Of a DNA stretch of 64,000 nucleotides, positions 1-11,412 are shown in pieces. A program made the translations under genes and the position numbers. The DNA is from Curvularia clavata (Eukaryota): assembly GCA_023920165.1 (NCBI GenBank), contig CP089277.1:3348001-3412000 (forward strand), given 5' to 3'. Every line of letters begins with the position of its first letter. Position 1 is the stretch's first letter. The notes below the pieces were generated by a model, which was not told the DNA's origin, ran no database searches, and saw nothing but the letters and a program-made list of their open reading frames with translations.

Positions 1-258
1 CATGGAGATGGGCCTGGCGCCGCTGTTGCCGTAAAAGGACGAGCCGAGCATGCTGATGGAGGGGTGGCGCTCGCTGATGCTGGGACGGCCATGTGTGAAA
101 TCAAAGTTTGTCGGGTTGAGCAGGCCGGGCGTGGTGGCCAGGTCTGGCTGGGCCTCTGCCTGCTTGAGGGCCGACGTCAGGTTGGACGTCTGGTTGGGGG
201 GAGAATTGGAACCATAGCGCGGGGGCGTCTGGATGTCGATGGGCGAGGCGGTTGCCAT
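1..258 (-). CDS. SFP1: 5' end of Sfp1-type C2H2 transcription factor (ribosome-biogenesis regulator); runs off the window
   Basis: Hand translation from ATG at 258: MATASPIDIQTPPRYGSNSPPNQTSNLTSALKQ...SFYGNSGARPISM. The SPIDI, TSNLTSAL and ARPISM motifs match my recollection of filamentous-fungal Sfp1 N-termini. The zinc fingers lie outside the window. Confidence 0.7.
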   Translation of the reverse strand, partial: MATASPIDIQTPPRYGSNSPPNQTSNLTSALKQAEAQPDLATTPGLLNPTNFDFTHGRPSISERHPSISMLGSSFYGNSGARPISM

Positions 259-1228
259 GTCTGCGAAGCCGGTGTGGACCTGCGTGTCTTGGGGGAACAG
301 CGAGAAGCTGCAGTCGCCCGCGTCCTCGAACAGCACGTCCGAGTCGGGCTGGCGGCTAGCTGCAAGCTCGTGGGGCTTGCGGTGCCAGAGATTGACGAGG
401 GAGGCGGCCGAGTCGTTTGTGGCACGACCAAAGTGTGGCGACGAGGGGTGGTCGACCGGGGTGGTGATGGGGGTGCTCGCAGCGGTGGATTCGCGCGGCG
501 AGTGGGTGAGGGGAGGCGGATGCTCGTAGGAATCCAGCTTCGCGGTGGGCGAAGTCAATGGAAGGTAAGCAGTGGGGGGGGACAGGCGAGGCGTTTGGGC
601 GCGGTCCCGGATGACTGTGCGGCGTGGGTGGGTGTGGCGTGTTGCAGCAGCGGTGGAGCGTGCGAGGGTGGAGTGTATAGTAGTGTGTAGTGATTTGAGT
701 GCTGGTGCTGGGCACAGGAGCAGAAGGATGCAATGCAAGCAGCAACAGAGATGCGCCGGCAATGGTTGTGTCTGTGTATAAAAAAAATATATACCGATGG
801 GCGTGGGAACAGCCGGGGCCTTGGGGGGGCTATATGTTGGCGTGGAAGCGGTGACGAGGTTAGAATGGACAAGCGGCCGACTGCTGGGCGGGCCTGGAGG
901 ATCCCTGGCGATGGGTGGGTGGGTGCGGCCAATTGCGGGCTGGCGCTACTGTAGCCTGTATGCGTCGCCGGCAGTAAAGGTGCAACTCTGACGAAGAGTG
1001 CATGACGAAATGAGCGGCGACACAGCAGCCCCAGCGGCCAAGCCTCGACAGGGCCTGGTGGACGAGCGACAGGCACCGCGCCCGTTGCGGATGAAGCGAT
1101 GCTGTGGCGCGGAGTGGCAGCGAGCAGGGCATGCCGTGTGGGAGAGGAGGGTATGGCGGCACCGCCGGCCGAGGCACAATTGTCGTCGACACTACCACGA
1201 TCCATTGAACGAGCACATGCACGGCCAC

Positions 1229-1318
1229 ACGGCTGGTTGGATGGTTGCTTGGGTGGTTGACTGGCCGGCTGGCTGGGCGGCTGCTTGGTTGGCTGGCTGG
1301 CGGGCTGGCGGGCGGGCT
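1229..1318. repeat. Imperfect (GGCT/GGTT/GGCG)n tetranucleotide microsatellite
   Basis: ggctggttggatggttgcttgggtggttgactggccggctggctgggcggctgcttggttggctggctggcgggctggcgggcgggct. Confidence 0.8.
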
Positions 1319-4300
1319 CTTGGGACGCGCCCCAGCTAGAGCCGGAGCTGCTCAGCGCTGCGGTTTGCCATTGCCCTCAGCAGGCCATCCTTGCCTCTGC
1401 GCTCGTCTCGATTTTCTAGAAGGCCTGTATGGCAACTCCCGTCGAGTCGCTGTCAAGTGTCGGTGTCGGTGCGTGGGTGTCTCGCTCGCTCGGTGCTTCG
1501 GGCCCTCGATGCCTCTCCTCCACGTGGCGCAGAGCCATATCCGAGGAAATTCCGCCCGCGCCATGCTGGCTCTGGCTGCTACCGTCGTACTCGACAATAG
1601 GACGGGCAAAGAATAGGTACTGACTGGTACCTCGCACAAGGCTGCCCTGCGAACCGCCGCTGACGCTGACGCTGACGGCCTCTGCATGTGCTGTCGGACT
1701 AGGCCGCAAACCGCCAGCCGCCCTGGCCGCGTCCAAGAGAGGGGTAGTCCAAGTAGACAGCGCTTCACGCTGCGAGCAAGACGTTTCAACACGAGTGGCA
1801 TAGTAGGAGCGAGCCATGAGCCAGTCTCGCGGCCAGGTCGGCGCGTTGCATCTGCCCGGCCTCGTCTCGGCTGTTTGCCCCTCTTGGGTCTGCTCTTACA
1901 CAACCACGACGACTAACACCAACACGGCCCTTTCACGTGAGACGCCGCCGCCACTCTGCTGAGCCTACCACTGCTTACTACCTACCACTACCACGGCTGC
2001 TGTCACAGCTGCTGCCACAACCACTACCGCTGTTCGCATCCATCTCGACAGGCACAGAGCACTACCAGAGTCCGCCCGAGAATCGCACCTTGGCCTGCTG
2101 CCCCTCGTCCCCAAGGCCACCAGCCTGCTCGTGTGCTACTACATACATACATACACTACTACCCATGCCGTCGCCTGCTTACGTGCAGTGCTGGCCCTGG
2201 CTACGATCGCCATTAGCCCACGACCCGCAATGTCGTGCTCATGGCTCCCACCTCTCTCAAACTCCCACTCCGCGCCTTAAAGCGTCCCCCACGCCCGTGG
2301 CTCGCAAAATTACATAGTCGACTCCTGCCTGCCTCAGCACCATATCCGAAACATGTCCTCCCGTCCAGCTGACTTTGATTCCACCGCCTGCCTCTCTGTC
2401 TGCTGTCCGCCGCTCCATCCCTGTCCTGCTGCCTTCATTGGACCCTGCAGTTGCTCCATCCGGCAATGCCCTTCACAACCCCAACCCCGTCCCGACTGCG
2501 ACACGTATCTCGTCCATCCCTCGTGCCATCCAATGTGCCCGACTGCACTTACATAGTCCTAGCACATTACATACACCCGCTTACACCAACGCGCCCAATC
2601 ACGGCCATTCTCGGTCCACGCGCGTTTCGTTGGGGCGCGGGCCTCCCGTTGTGTCGCCTGTTGCTGCTCTGCTCGAATCCGCCCGGCCCTGCTTCCGACC
2701 TGGCTCACTGGCCCGCGTCACCTCTACTACCACTCGCCGCCCATCTGTCGTTCATGCAAGTCGCATCGCAAACGGCGACTCAGTAAACCTTAGCCTTACG
2801 CCCTCTGGCCAACCTCGCGGCGACTTTTGCCAATGTCCATGTCCATCAATCTCACCTGAGTCGCCGCACTCACGCCAGCGTCAACCCTTCTCGTGCAGCA
2901 GGTGTGGCGAGCCGCCCCTCGCTCTCGTATACAACAACAACCCACTCCCTTGTGCCATAGCACTGCCCACCCTGGCTAGCCCACTCGCCGCTAACCGCAC
3001 AATCGGATGCAAGATGCAACGTATTTATCGATGTATTGCACAGAGATGGCCCTTGGCCGTCCAAATCTAGTGTACCGGCAAGGGTGCATCGACTAGATCG
3101 GAGATTGGCGTGCCATGCATCAGCCTTGTTGACGTACTGTGCACTCGACCAGACGTGCTTGCCATCGACGCCGTTTCACCGTCCCATGGAAACGGTAGTC
3201 TGGGGTTACTACCACTACTACCCTCGCTCCCACAGAAACTATGCATCTAGTGCTGGGCGTGTACAAAAGTAAGCACCAGCCATACACACACTACTCACCT
3301 ATGACAGCACCGGTCCCAGCAATATCGTCGACGGCGCTACACCAACCCGTCTTCATGTGCCGTTCTTGACCATGTAATTCCATGCCACTCAAGAAGCAAA
3401 GCCCCATCGCCTGAATCACTTGCTTATGCCACGCCTCTACCTCCTCATCCACTCTCACCCCCCTCCCCGCAACGTCATCAAGCATGGGCACCTGGCACGG
3501 CTACGGCCATGCGACAATCATTGATGAAAAGAGAGTGTTTGCCAATGCCTGCCCTCTCACGCTCAAGCACCCGATCTGATGCTCACCTTTGAACTGTGCT
3601 CTGCCCCACTGCTGTGTATACATTCGATCGTGCAATCCTAATACCTCGAGACGGTTCACACGCAGTCACCGGGGACCTCCTGCCCTGCTGTCCAGCTCGA
3701 GAACGCTTCCGACACTCACTGTACGCCTTCTCCACTCTTTGGCTGTCCCCAATATGCACTAAGCATTTCATGCTTCTGCACTAAACCTGCTTGTGTAGGT
3801 CGGTCCGATATCTACATATCCACAGTCACGTGCACACGACGCTAGCACTCCCTCTCTACATGGGGAAATGTCAGAGGCCATGTTCGTCCCATTGATGCGC
3901 AGCCAGGATCCAGAGCGGTACAGCCAAAGACGGCCTTCCGACTGCCCACTATAGGATTCGTCCCTTGACAGCTGAAGTAACATGATGTAAAGCTCGGTCG
4001 AATTGGATGCCTTCGGCCCTTCATCCATGAGGTGCACTAACACCCCATCGGCCTCTGACGTCAGTTCCGATACCGCGACCTCGCTTGCCTATGCTCACGA
4101 CTCGAACAATGGTGTTGAGCTGAAGAGCTGAAGAGCTGCAAACAGGGCACGCATCGATTCATTTCCAGCTTCGTGCTCCCCCATCTGCAGGTGCTATGCG
4201 TGTCATGGCACCAAGTCCCTGCAAGAGGCATGCAGTGTCACCACGTGTGAATCCACGTGTGAATCCGCCATCACCATCGTGATAACCGCCACTCGAGGGG

Positions 4301-4929
4301 GAAACGCGTTGCCATTACGACATGCCATTGTCGTAAGCGACGCCGTCGCGGTATGCCTTCCCGCTACCTTCGCGGAGCCGCAGCATGACGACAAATACAG
4401 AACCACCTTGCTCAAATAGGGACGTTGCGTAGCCTGGTCTCGGCGATCGCTGCACCTCCAATCAACCCAACACATTTCGGAACATGTTTAGCCGGTTTTG
4501 TCTGCACAACTGGCTTGACAGTGTCGGATGCTTGCTATCACTCTTGTCGTAGTCCATCGCCTCACCTTGCTTTGGAGACATTGCAATCGCGTTTCCATGA
4601 CTAACAGTTGCAGAGGGTCTCTTGATAGCTTCGGCATTTGGATTGCCGCTATTCTCTCCAGGTAGGGATACCCCAATGGCTAGTCTTGGCCATGCGGAAT
4701 GCACGAACCTAGCGTCATGCCGTTGTGCTAGCTCTACAACGTCTCCCCAGATAAGAGCAACACATGAAATCATAGCAGAAATGAAATCATAGTCCTCTGG
4801 AATTGTAGAAGCGCGCGTCAGACAGATTACACTGATCGTCACGGGGTACGTCAGCGCCTACGGTAGGTATCTCAACATGGCGATCATTTGGCGGCTACTC
4901 GATAACAGAATACCTTCTGTCAAGCACTA

Positions 4930-5314
4930 CTCTTATCTAGCAATCACTCCGGGCTCTTCACCTCGCTCACTTTGTCATTTTTGACATCGATAAACTTTCT
5001 CAAAAAACGTTTCGGTACTCTCCGCGTCTACCGCCAAAGATGCTCAATTCTCCATCTTTCGTCATTGGTCTTCCCTGTTTAACCACCTTCGCCGTCAATA
5101 CTAGCATCCTGTCCATTTCTGCAGCGGCAGCTTCGATCAAAGGACGAAGGCTAGTCACCTGCAGCGATGGTCCAAACGATGCCCCACAGTCTCTCCTCAC
5201 AATGCATACGTAGTATTCGTAGTCGTCAGTTTCGAAATCCAGGTCGTAGTCGGCGTTGCTGCCTCAGATGACGTTACAGTCGTCCTCGATACCTTAGCCT
5301 CGGGCGATAGTCAT
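4930..5314 (-). pseudogene. Decayed copy of a small fungal hypothetical-protein gene
   Basis: The frame from ATG 5314 reads MTIARG*GIEDDCNVI*GSNADYDLDFETDDYEYYVCIVRRDCGASFGPSL...EMDRML...GRPMTKDGELSIFGG. It has in-frame TAA (5296-5294) and TGA (5266-5264) and a probable frameshift in the T6 run near 5002-5007. Confidence 0.55.
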
Positions 5315-5831
5315 TGTTGCTATTGGTCAAGTATCTGACAGGTTGGGTATGGGCTAAAGCTCATGTTGGCTAACAACTTAGGCGTCAGATTCTGTTTGGA
5401 CAACCTTTTGAAACTGCTACCAATCGAGGTTAAAGACCGGTTGACAATAGAAACCAGGTTAGTTGGAGGAACAACAGCAAGGGATGTCTCACTTATGCCT
5501 CATGATTAATGACAAAAACAATGCTGTGCAACGTCCTCCTGCTTGAGATGATTGTCTCGAGCACGCGGGAGAGCTGCGCCAATGTGGCACTGATACTTCT
5601 GGCACAGTGATGGTTAACATGGTGTTACAGGTATTCACCCGACAAATCAGCTTCGCCTCCTTTGCAGGGTTGCTAGCGCTTACAATCAGCCTTGCGAGAC
5701 TACAAAAAACAGTTACCATCATTGTTAACAACATGACCACAATCGTTTTAACTCATATCAGAAGTTCTAAAAACTAACTCTTCAATAATTTTCCAATCCC
5801 TTCGCTGCTTCCCCTAGATAGATACAACGTC

Positions 5832-6646
5832 ATGGAAGAGCTGAAGCCAAACGAGGCTGAAAAGCCCAAGCTCTCACAGTGTGTTGTTCATACCGCCTCA
5901 TGTGTAGTCCTATATTTATTTCGCATAGACTTCTTACCTCTCCTATCATAACCGTCACCATTGCCAAGTCGAGGACGTTCTACCTCCATTCCGGCCTTCT
6001 TATTGCCGAATCGGACAGATTCGCCAAGGACCTGACGGGCGGGTTCAAGGAAGCAGAGGAGAAGACCATTGAACTGGAGGAAGAAGACCCTGAGCTTTTT
6101 GGATTCTTTGTCGAATATATTTACCGCGATCGTTCGATTCTGTCCCGCGAGATTCAGCATTATACCGAATATGTGACGCTAGCGCGCCTATATGCCATGG
6201 GAGAACGCCTTTTGGCACCGAAATTCAAGGCCTACTCTTTGTGGAGATTCGTTCAGTCGCTAGGTACCTTTACGGTTATATCAGATGAGAGCACTTGTGA
6301 ACTCCTCCGGATTGCGTGTATGGAGATTACGGAAAGAGTCGTAGAGGATCCTATGAGGGCTCATATATTCTGGTATGCAGGGGTCAAAATCGCCAATCTT
6401 CAAAAATCCGACATGTTCCGCCAACTGTTATGCGATATTCCGGATGTGGGCAGCCACCTATGCTTATGGCTAGGTCAGAATCAACCAACAAGACCAGACA
6501 AGCCAAATGAGCTTCGATATCAGAAGTTTGCGCCCGAAAGCGAGTACCCCCTACAACGCTCCTCTGAGGCCTTTTTGAAGGCTGAGCAATCTGCAGCTAA
6601 ATTAGGTTGTAATGGCTTAGCAGGAAAAGGAAAACCCCCAAAATAG
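5832..6646 (+). CDS. BTB/POZ domain protein (intron 5879-5928)
   Basis: ATG 5832 with a GT..AG intron, then ITVTIAKSRTFYLHSGLLIAESDRF...GGFKEAEEKTIELEEEDPELFGFFVEYIY...LARLYAMGERL, a typical fungal BTB pattern. Confidence 0.85.
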
Positions 6647-7030
6647 CTTGTCGCGTTATGAAGGTTGATGTTGGAAATGGACTGCTCAATTTGGATTACT
6701 TCAAATGCTCTCTATCTTTACCCATTGCCCACCCATTTGCCCACCCACGTGCTCACACTCTCTCAAAAATCCATGCTCCTCCTTCTCAAACCTTGTGCTT
6801 CCACGCACTCCACATGCTTCCAGTCCCTCAAATACGCCATCACGTCTCCAGAGCAACGATTTGCGTTAACGCACCATTACGGTCTCTTACTCTTCAAACA
6901 ACTACCTCTCGGTCTTGCTCAACAAGAAAACCAACATGCTAAGAGCTACAAAAAACAAGTCTATCCTTCAAACCATATCTCCCATCTCTCTATCGTTCCA
7001 TTCCACATAATCCCACGACCCTGAAAGAAT

Positions 7031-8429
7031 TCAGAAACTGTCCAACATATCCTTACGCATCCACAAGCTTTGATCCATCATCATCACCGCTGCCACCGCA
7101 ATCTGCAACAAACGCAGCAACACACAATCCAGCTCACGATATGGATTCTCATGCATCAGCGCCAGGAACGGCGTGAGATGCGCCACCAGCTCAGTCAGGA
7201 TGCCCTGAATAAGGGGGTGGATATCAGGCATTAGCTTTGTCCCGTTGGACGTAAAGTACCATATCATATCCGCGAGTTCTGCGTTTGTGATGTCTGCAAG
7301 GTACGTATTAGTATGCATTGAGTCTTCCAGACACAAAACAAGATGGAAAGGAGGAAAAAAACGTTAACTCACCTTTTTCTCCCTCTCCCTCTCCCTCTCC
7401 CTCTCCCTCTCCCTCTCCCTCTCCCTCTCCCTCTCCCTCTCCCTCTCCCTCTCCCTCTCCCTCTCCCTCTCCCTCTTTCTCTTCTTTCCCATTCCTCTCC
7501 CCACCCCAACGAGTCCCAAATACCCAACCCTCTAAAACATCCCAAATGGCCTTCTCTACCAAAACCTTCCTCTTATCCTCATCCGCCCATAAATCCTGCC
7601 ATTTTACCTCTTCGTCATCACCATCCCCACCAACACCACTGCTTACAAACGCCAGTGCCTCGGGACTCTTTGCCCAGAAAAAAGACGCACAGAGTACTCT
7701 GGCCTTCTCCTTCTCACTCTCGGGATCCACGACTGTGCCTCCGGTGAAGAAATCCCTGCTGAAAGACTGGACAAGCTTCCCAACTTCACAGAACAAGCAT
7801 AAAAGTTCAGTGGCGTCCGTGGGACAGGGTGACTGTGCTTCAGTAGTGCAAGGAGCGGTATGAAGAGTATCCGTGTGGCTGAGCGGCTGTGCTGAAGCAG
7901 TGGTAGACGCGGTACGAGGAACACTGGAAGAGGAAAAAGGTATGTCAGGTCTACAGGAATGGGCGCGGACGCTGCGGGAGCGCGGGCGGGTGGTAGCGGG
8001 GGTAGGAGTAGGAGCGGTGCGGGTACGGACGCCGCCAGAAGGAGTTTTAGTTCCCCAATAGATCCTACGAGTACCTTGACATGCCTTGTAGCTGCTAGAA
8101 GGTCGCTGGATTCCAGACGTCGAAGACGTTCGTGTTGTACGTCGCCCAGTCGAAACCCTCACTTTCTTACCACTTCGTTCGGATTGTATCTTCTCCGCGC
8201 GCAATATCATACTCTGTGCTTGGCGTCGTAACCCCGCGGCTGCGCGGCGTGCTTCCGGGGTGCCGGGTTGGAGGTTTTTGGTAATTGGGTACTGTTGGGG
8301 GCGTGGTGTAGCGCGCTTAGCTGGTGTCTGTGGTTGTGATTGTGATGGTGTCTTTTCCGTCTGCGCATCGCCAGTTATTGACTTAGGCGCTGGCGAGCTA
8401 AAAGGCCACATGGATTTGAGGATGCTCAT
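7031..8429 (-). CDS. Lineage-specific hypothetical protein with (EG)16 tract; intron 7372-7294; possibly decaying
   Basis: ORF 8429-7373 joins ORF 7293-7031 in frame through GTGAGT...CTAAT...CAG (G|AC = Asp). No recognised domain. Confidence 0.55.
7381..7476. repeat. Perfect (CCCTCT)16 hexanucleotide microsatellite in coding sequence
   Basis: 16 exact units counted. It encodes Glu-Gly repeats on the minus strand. Confidence 0.97.
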
Positions 8430-8975
8430 CTTGAGTTTCTACGTATATTGTGAATATTGAGTGGTTCAAGCAGATGAATATAATTTCTTCTGTCTCGTCG
8501 AGATCACAGCGTGCGAGACATTGTTTTTTGTCTCTCTTGCCCGCTTTGTCTGTCGAATTTGTGCCGCATCCGGGCGTCGACTGTGAGAGGCTGGTATTGG
8601 GATTGTTCTGTTGAAGAACAATAAAGCGACGTTTGTGAAGGACAAAGAGGAACGTGTTTTCTTTTCTCTCCCCAACGGTCAAAGAAGAAGAAAACGCATC
8701 AGCCACATGTTCAGCAAGACGCAGGGTTCATATGGCCAATGTACGAACAGCCGTTCAACTGGTAGATAGATACACAAAAGGAATACATATTTCTATACCT
8801 GGTAATCCAAACATGATGCGCCGCCGTCAACCCAAGTCAGGACAAGGAAAAGAGATGATGTCGCTATGCTAATGTTATGCAGTAAAAGTGACAAGGAAAA
8901 GTGACAAAAGAAATTAATAATATACAATAAGGTTATAAATGCATGTAGTAGAATTGCTTTTAGTCTGGACAACTA

Positions 8976-10307
8976 CTATTTTGGAGTCCAATTCTTGTAG
9001 AGACATGAACATAGCGTGCCCGCGTCTTGAGCTTTGAGGCTCACATCGTCGCCAGATGAACTCTTGCAAGAGGGTATGCCCTCGCCGCCAGCTACGGCTT
9101 GCTCAATGCGTACGGCTGGACGTGATGTTAGCATGTGGTTTTTGAAGCCAGAAGATGACTGGACTTACCAAACGGCCATTGAGTATTTGGGGTGTTCTTG
9201 ACAGCGATGGTGTCATCGGGATAAGTACGCAGCATCTTGGTGTAAAGGAAGGCCTGGATGTTTGTTGCGCTGTAATCGCACTCGAAGCTACCCTTGCTGT
9301 CCCCAAGGCTACCAGTCATGTTCACAGCTTTTGACCGAGAAATCTGAAATCGATAGCGCTCCGTCTCCTGCCCTTTATCCAACAGGTCTAGACTCTCGTT
9401 TTGAAAGGTCGTATCAAACGTATCGTCGTGTCCTTTGGATGAGATCTTGTATGAGCCCGCTGAGCCGGCGATTTCCCAGTTCAGCACAGTAAGAGCCTTT
9501 TGCGGATCCGAGTAGTAATCGGTGTTTGGCGCGCATGTCCAGGTGTTTGAGTTGGCAGTGCACTCTGGTGTAACGGTATCGAGGAAAACAACAAGAGAGT
9601 AGGCGCCAGCCGGGAAGTTTGCCGGGACCGAGGGTTTTGGGGCTGCAGAAGATGGAGTAGGAGGTTGGTCGGTTGTTGTAGGAGAGTTGGAGCCATTGTT
9701 TTGGTGGCTGTTGGTGGTGGTGCTGGACCCAGTGGCTGCCGACTGGGTTGCGCTGTGGCTTGAGACATGTTAGTACAAACTCTCTGGACCGTGAATCTGT
9801 GGTGACCGACCTAGAGTGCTTCTTCAGGCCAACTGACAATCCAACGGCCAAGGCCACAATCAGAAGAACGAGAATGCCCAGAACCAAAGCAATCTTCTTC
9901 CTTCCCCAGGCAAAGATGCCCCTCCGTCTCTGCCTCACATGACCAAATTTTTCGTCGTCCTTGTCGCTCCATACACTGACACTCAAATTGCTGGCATTAT
10001 TGGCTTGGTCTCCGTTTTCGCTGGGCGCGTTTGACCTGCCACCAGTCAAGACAGACAATACACCTCCCTTCTTCCTCTCATTCTTGTGGACATGCATCAC
10101 TGGTCCTACATGCTGATGCGACGGGTCGTTGCAGAATGTGCTCTCGGTGGTCACGTTGATCTTGGCTGTGTTGGCCTCGGCCTTGGATCGTCTGTTGTCG
10201 AGAATGACGGATAGGCGCTGGCCAGCAGGCGTCGAGATGCGCTTTGCTGGGCGGTCATCTTCGATGGGGAAGTGTGATTTTGAACGATTAGAGCGGAAGA
10301 GGTTCAT
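8976..10307 (-). CDS. Type II single-pass membrane protein of unknown function (2 introns, ~9810-9760 and ~9168-9117)
   Basis: Basic stretch followed by a TM helix (KKIALVLGILVLLIVALAVGLSVGL), a S/T linker and a Cys-containing domain ending WPFAVRIEQ...CSCLYKNWTPK*. Both introns have canonical signals. Confidence 0.8.
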
Positions 10308-11412
10308 CGCATTGGAATCAGTGGATACGTGGGCAGAAGGGAGTCTAGGTCAGGCAGATCCAGCGGCCGGGTCTTTGGTCGAGGGAAATGGATCGAGAGA
10401 GTGATGTTGTGGCCGCCCCTTTGACTTCCTTGCCACTAGATATCGCACTATAGCCTGGGGACAGAGGCATGCGGAGGACGAGCAGGACGAGGAGAGTTGG
10501 GTAGAAGTGAGCAAGGAGATCCCGAGCCCTCGAAAGACGCAGCCTCGGCTAGACCATGGGGACATTGGGGACAAGCGAAAGCTTAAGCGGCCTCATCACG
10601 TTCGACTTGACCCCAAACGAGACTCGAAACTGATGAGCCTTGCAGCCCATCACGCGCTAGGGGCCGTTGGAGTATCGAAGCAAGCCATGTGCGGTTAGCG
10701 CCTCAGGCCATGGCGTGTTTATCGTCGAAGCATGGATGTTAGTGGATCTGCACGGTGCTGCTTAGGGAACGGGTGCTTGCGCATCACAGACGGCTCTATA
10801 TTGAGGCTCACGCTGACAGCGGCCTGCATCTGTGCGCGAGCAGTTGAGCCGGCGAGGATAGCATGTACAGAGGGCGTGCAGTGATATATAACGGGTCGTT
10901 GGCTCCACGCGACGAATGTAGCTGGTGGTTGAGTTGTCGTCGAGGTTGAGTCGTGGTCTTCGTGTGTTTCGGCGATAACGCGAAAAGGGGGCCGACTCGC
11001 TAAAACCCGTGTTCCTGCATTATGGACGCACGGACCATACTCGTTGGTGATTCCGCCAAGACATGCATCTTCACCTCTGCCATCACATTACATACATGCT
11101 ATGTCTACGCATCCCTCGCATCCTTAGCGCTCGCCTTCGCCATGCGTCTTGGGATTGCTGTAACCGAGAAAACATGCATGAAGGCGTGGTGACACGCACG
11201 TGCTTTGCTCTTGCCTCGCGCTCCGCGCCTGTCTTCTTCACGTGGCGTTGCAAGCTACCCGGCTATTCTTGCCTTTGCAGCGTCCAACCTTCTCTCCACA
11301 CTCCCCAATCAGCTTGCTCTTCCACACACCAACCCAATCAGAGCCAGCTGAATTAACCATACAGGCAATTTGACGCCGTCCGGTGATCCCTCTCTAAACA
11401 GAGTTCACTATC

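Noticed and set aside
64..690. 208-aa plus-strand ORF
   Set aside because: G/V/R-rich antisense shadow of the SFP1 frame and its upstream extension.
2375..3070. 231-aa ORF with TTG start
   Set aside because: Low-complexity S/P/R content, no ATG near the start and no recognisable domain.
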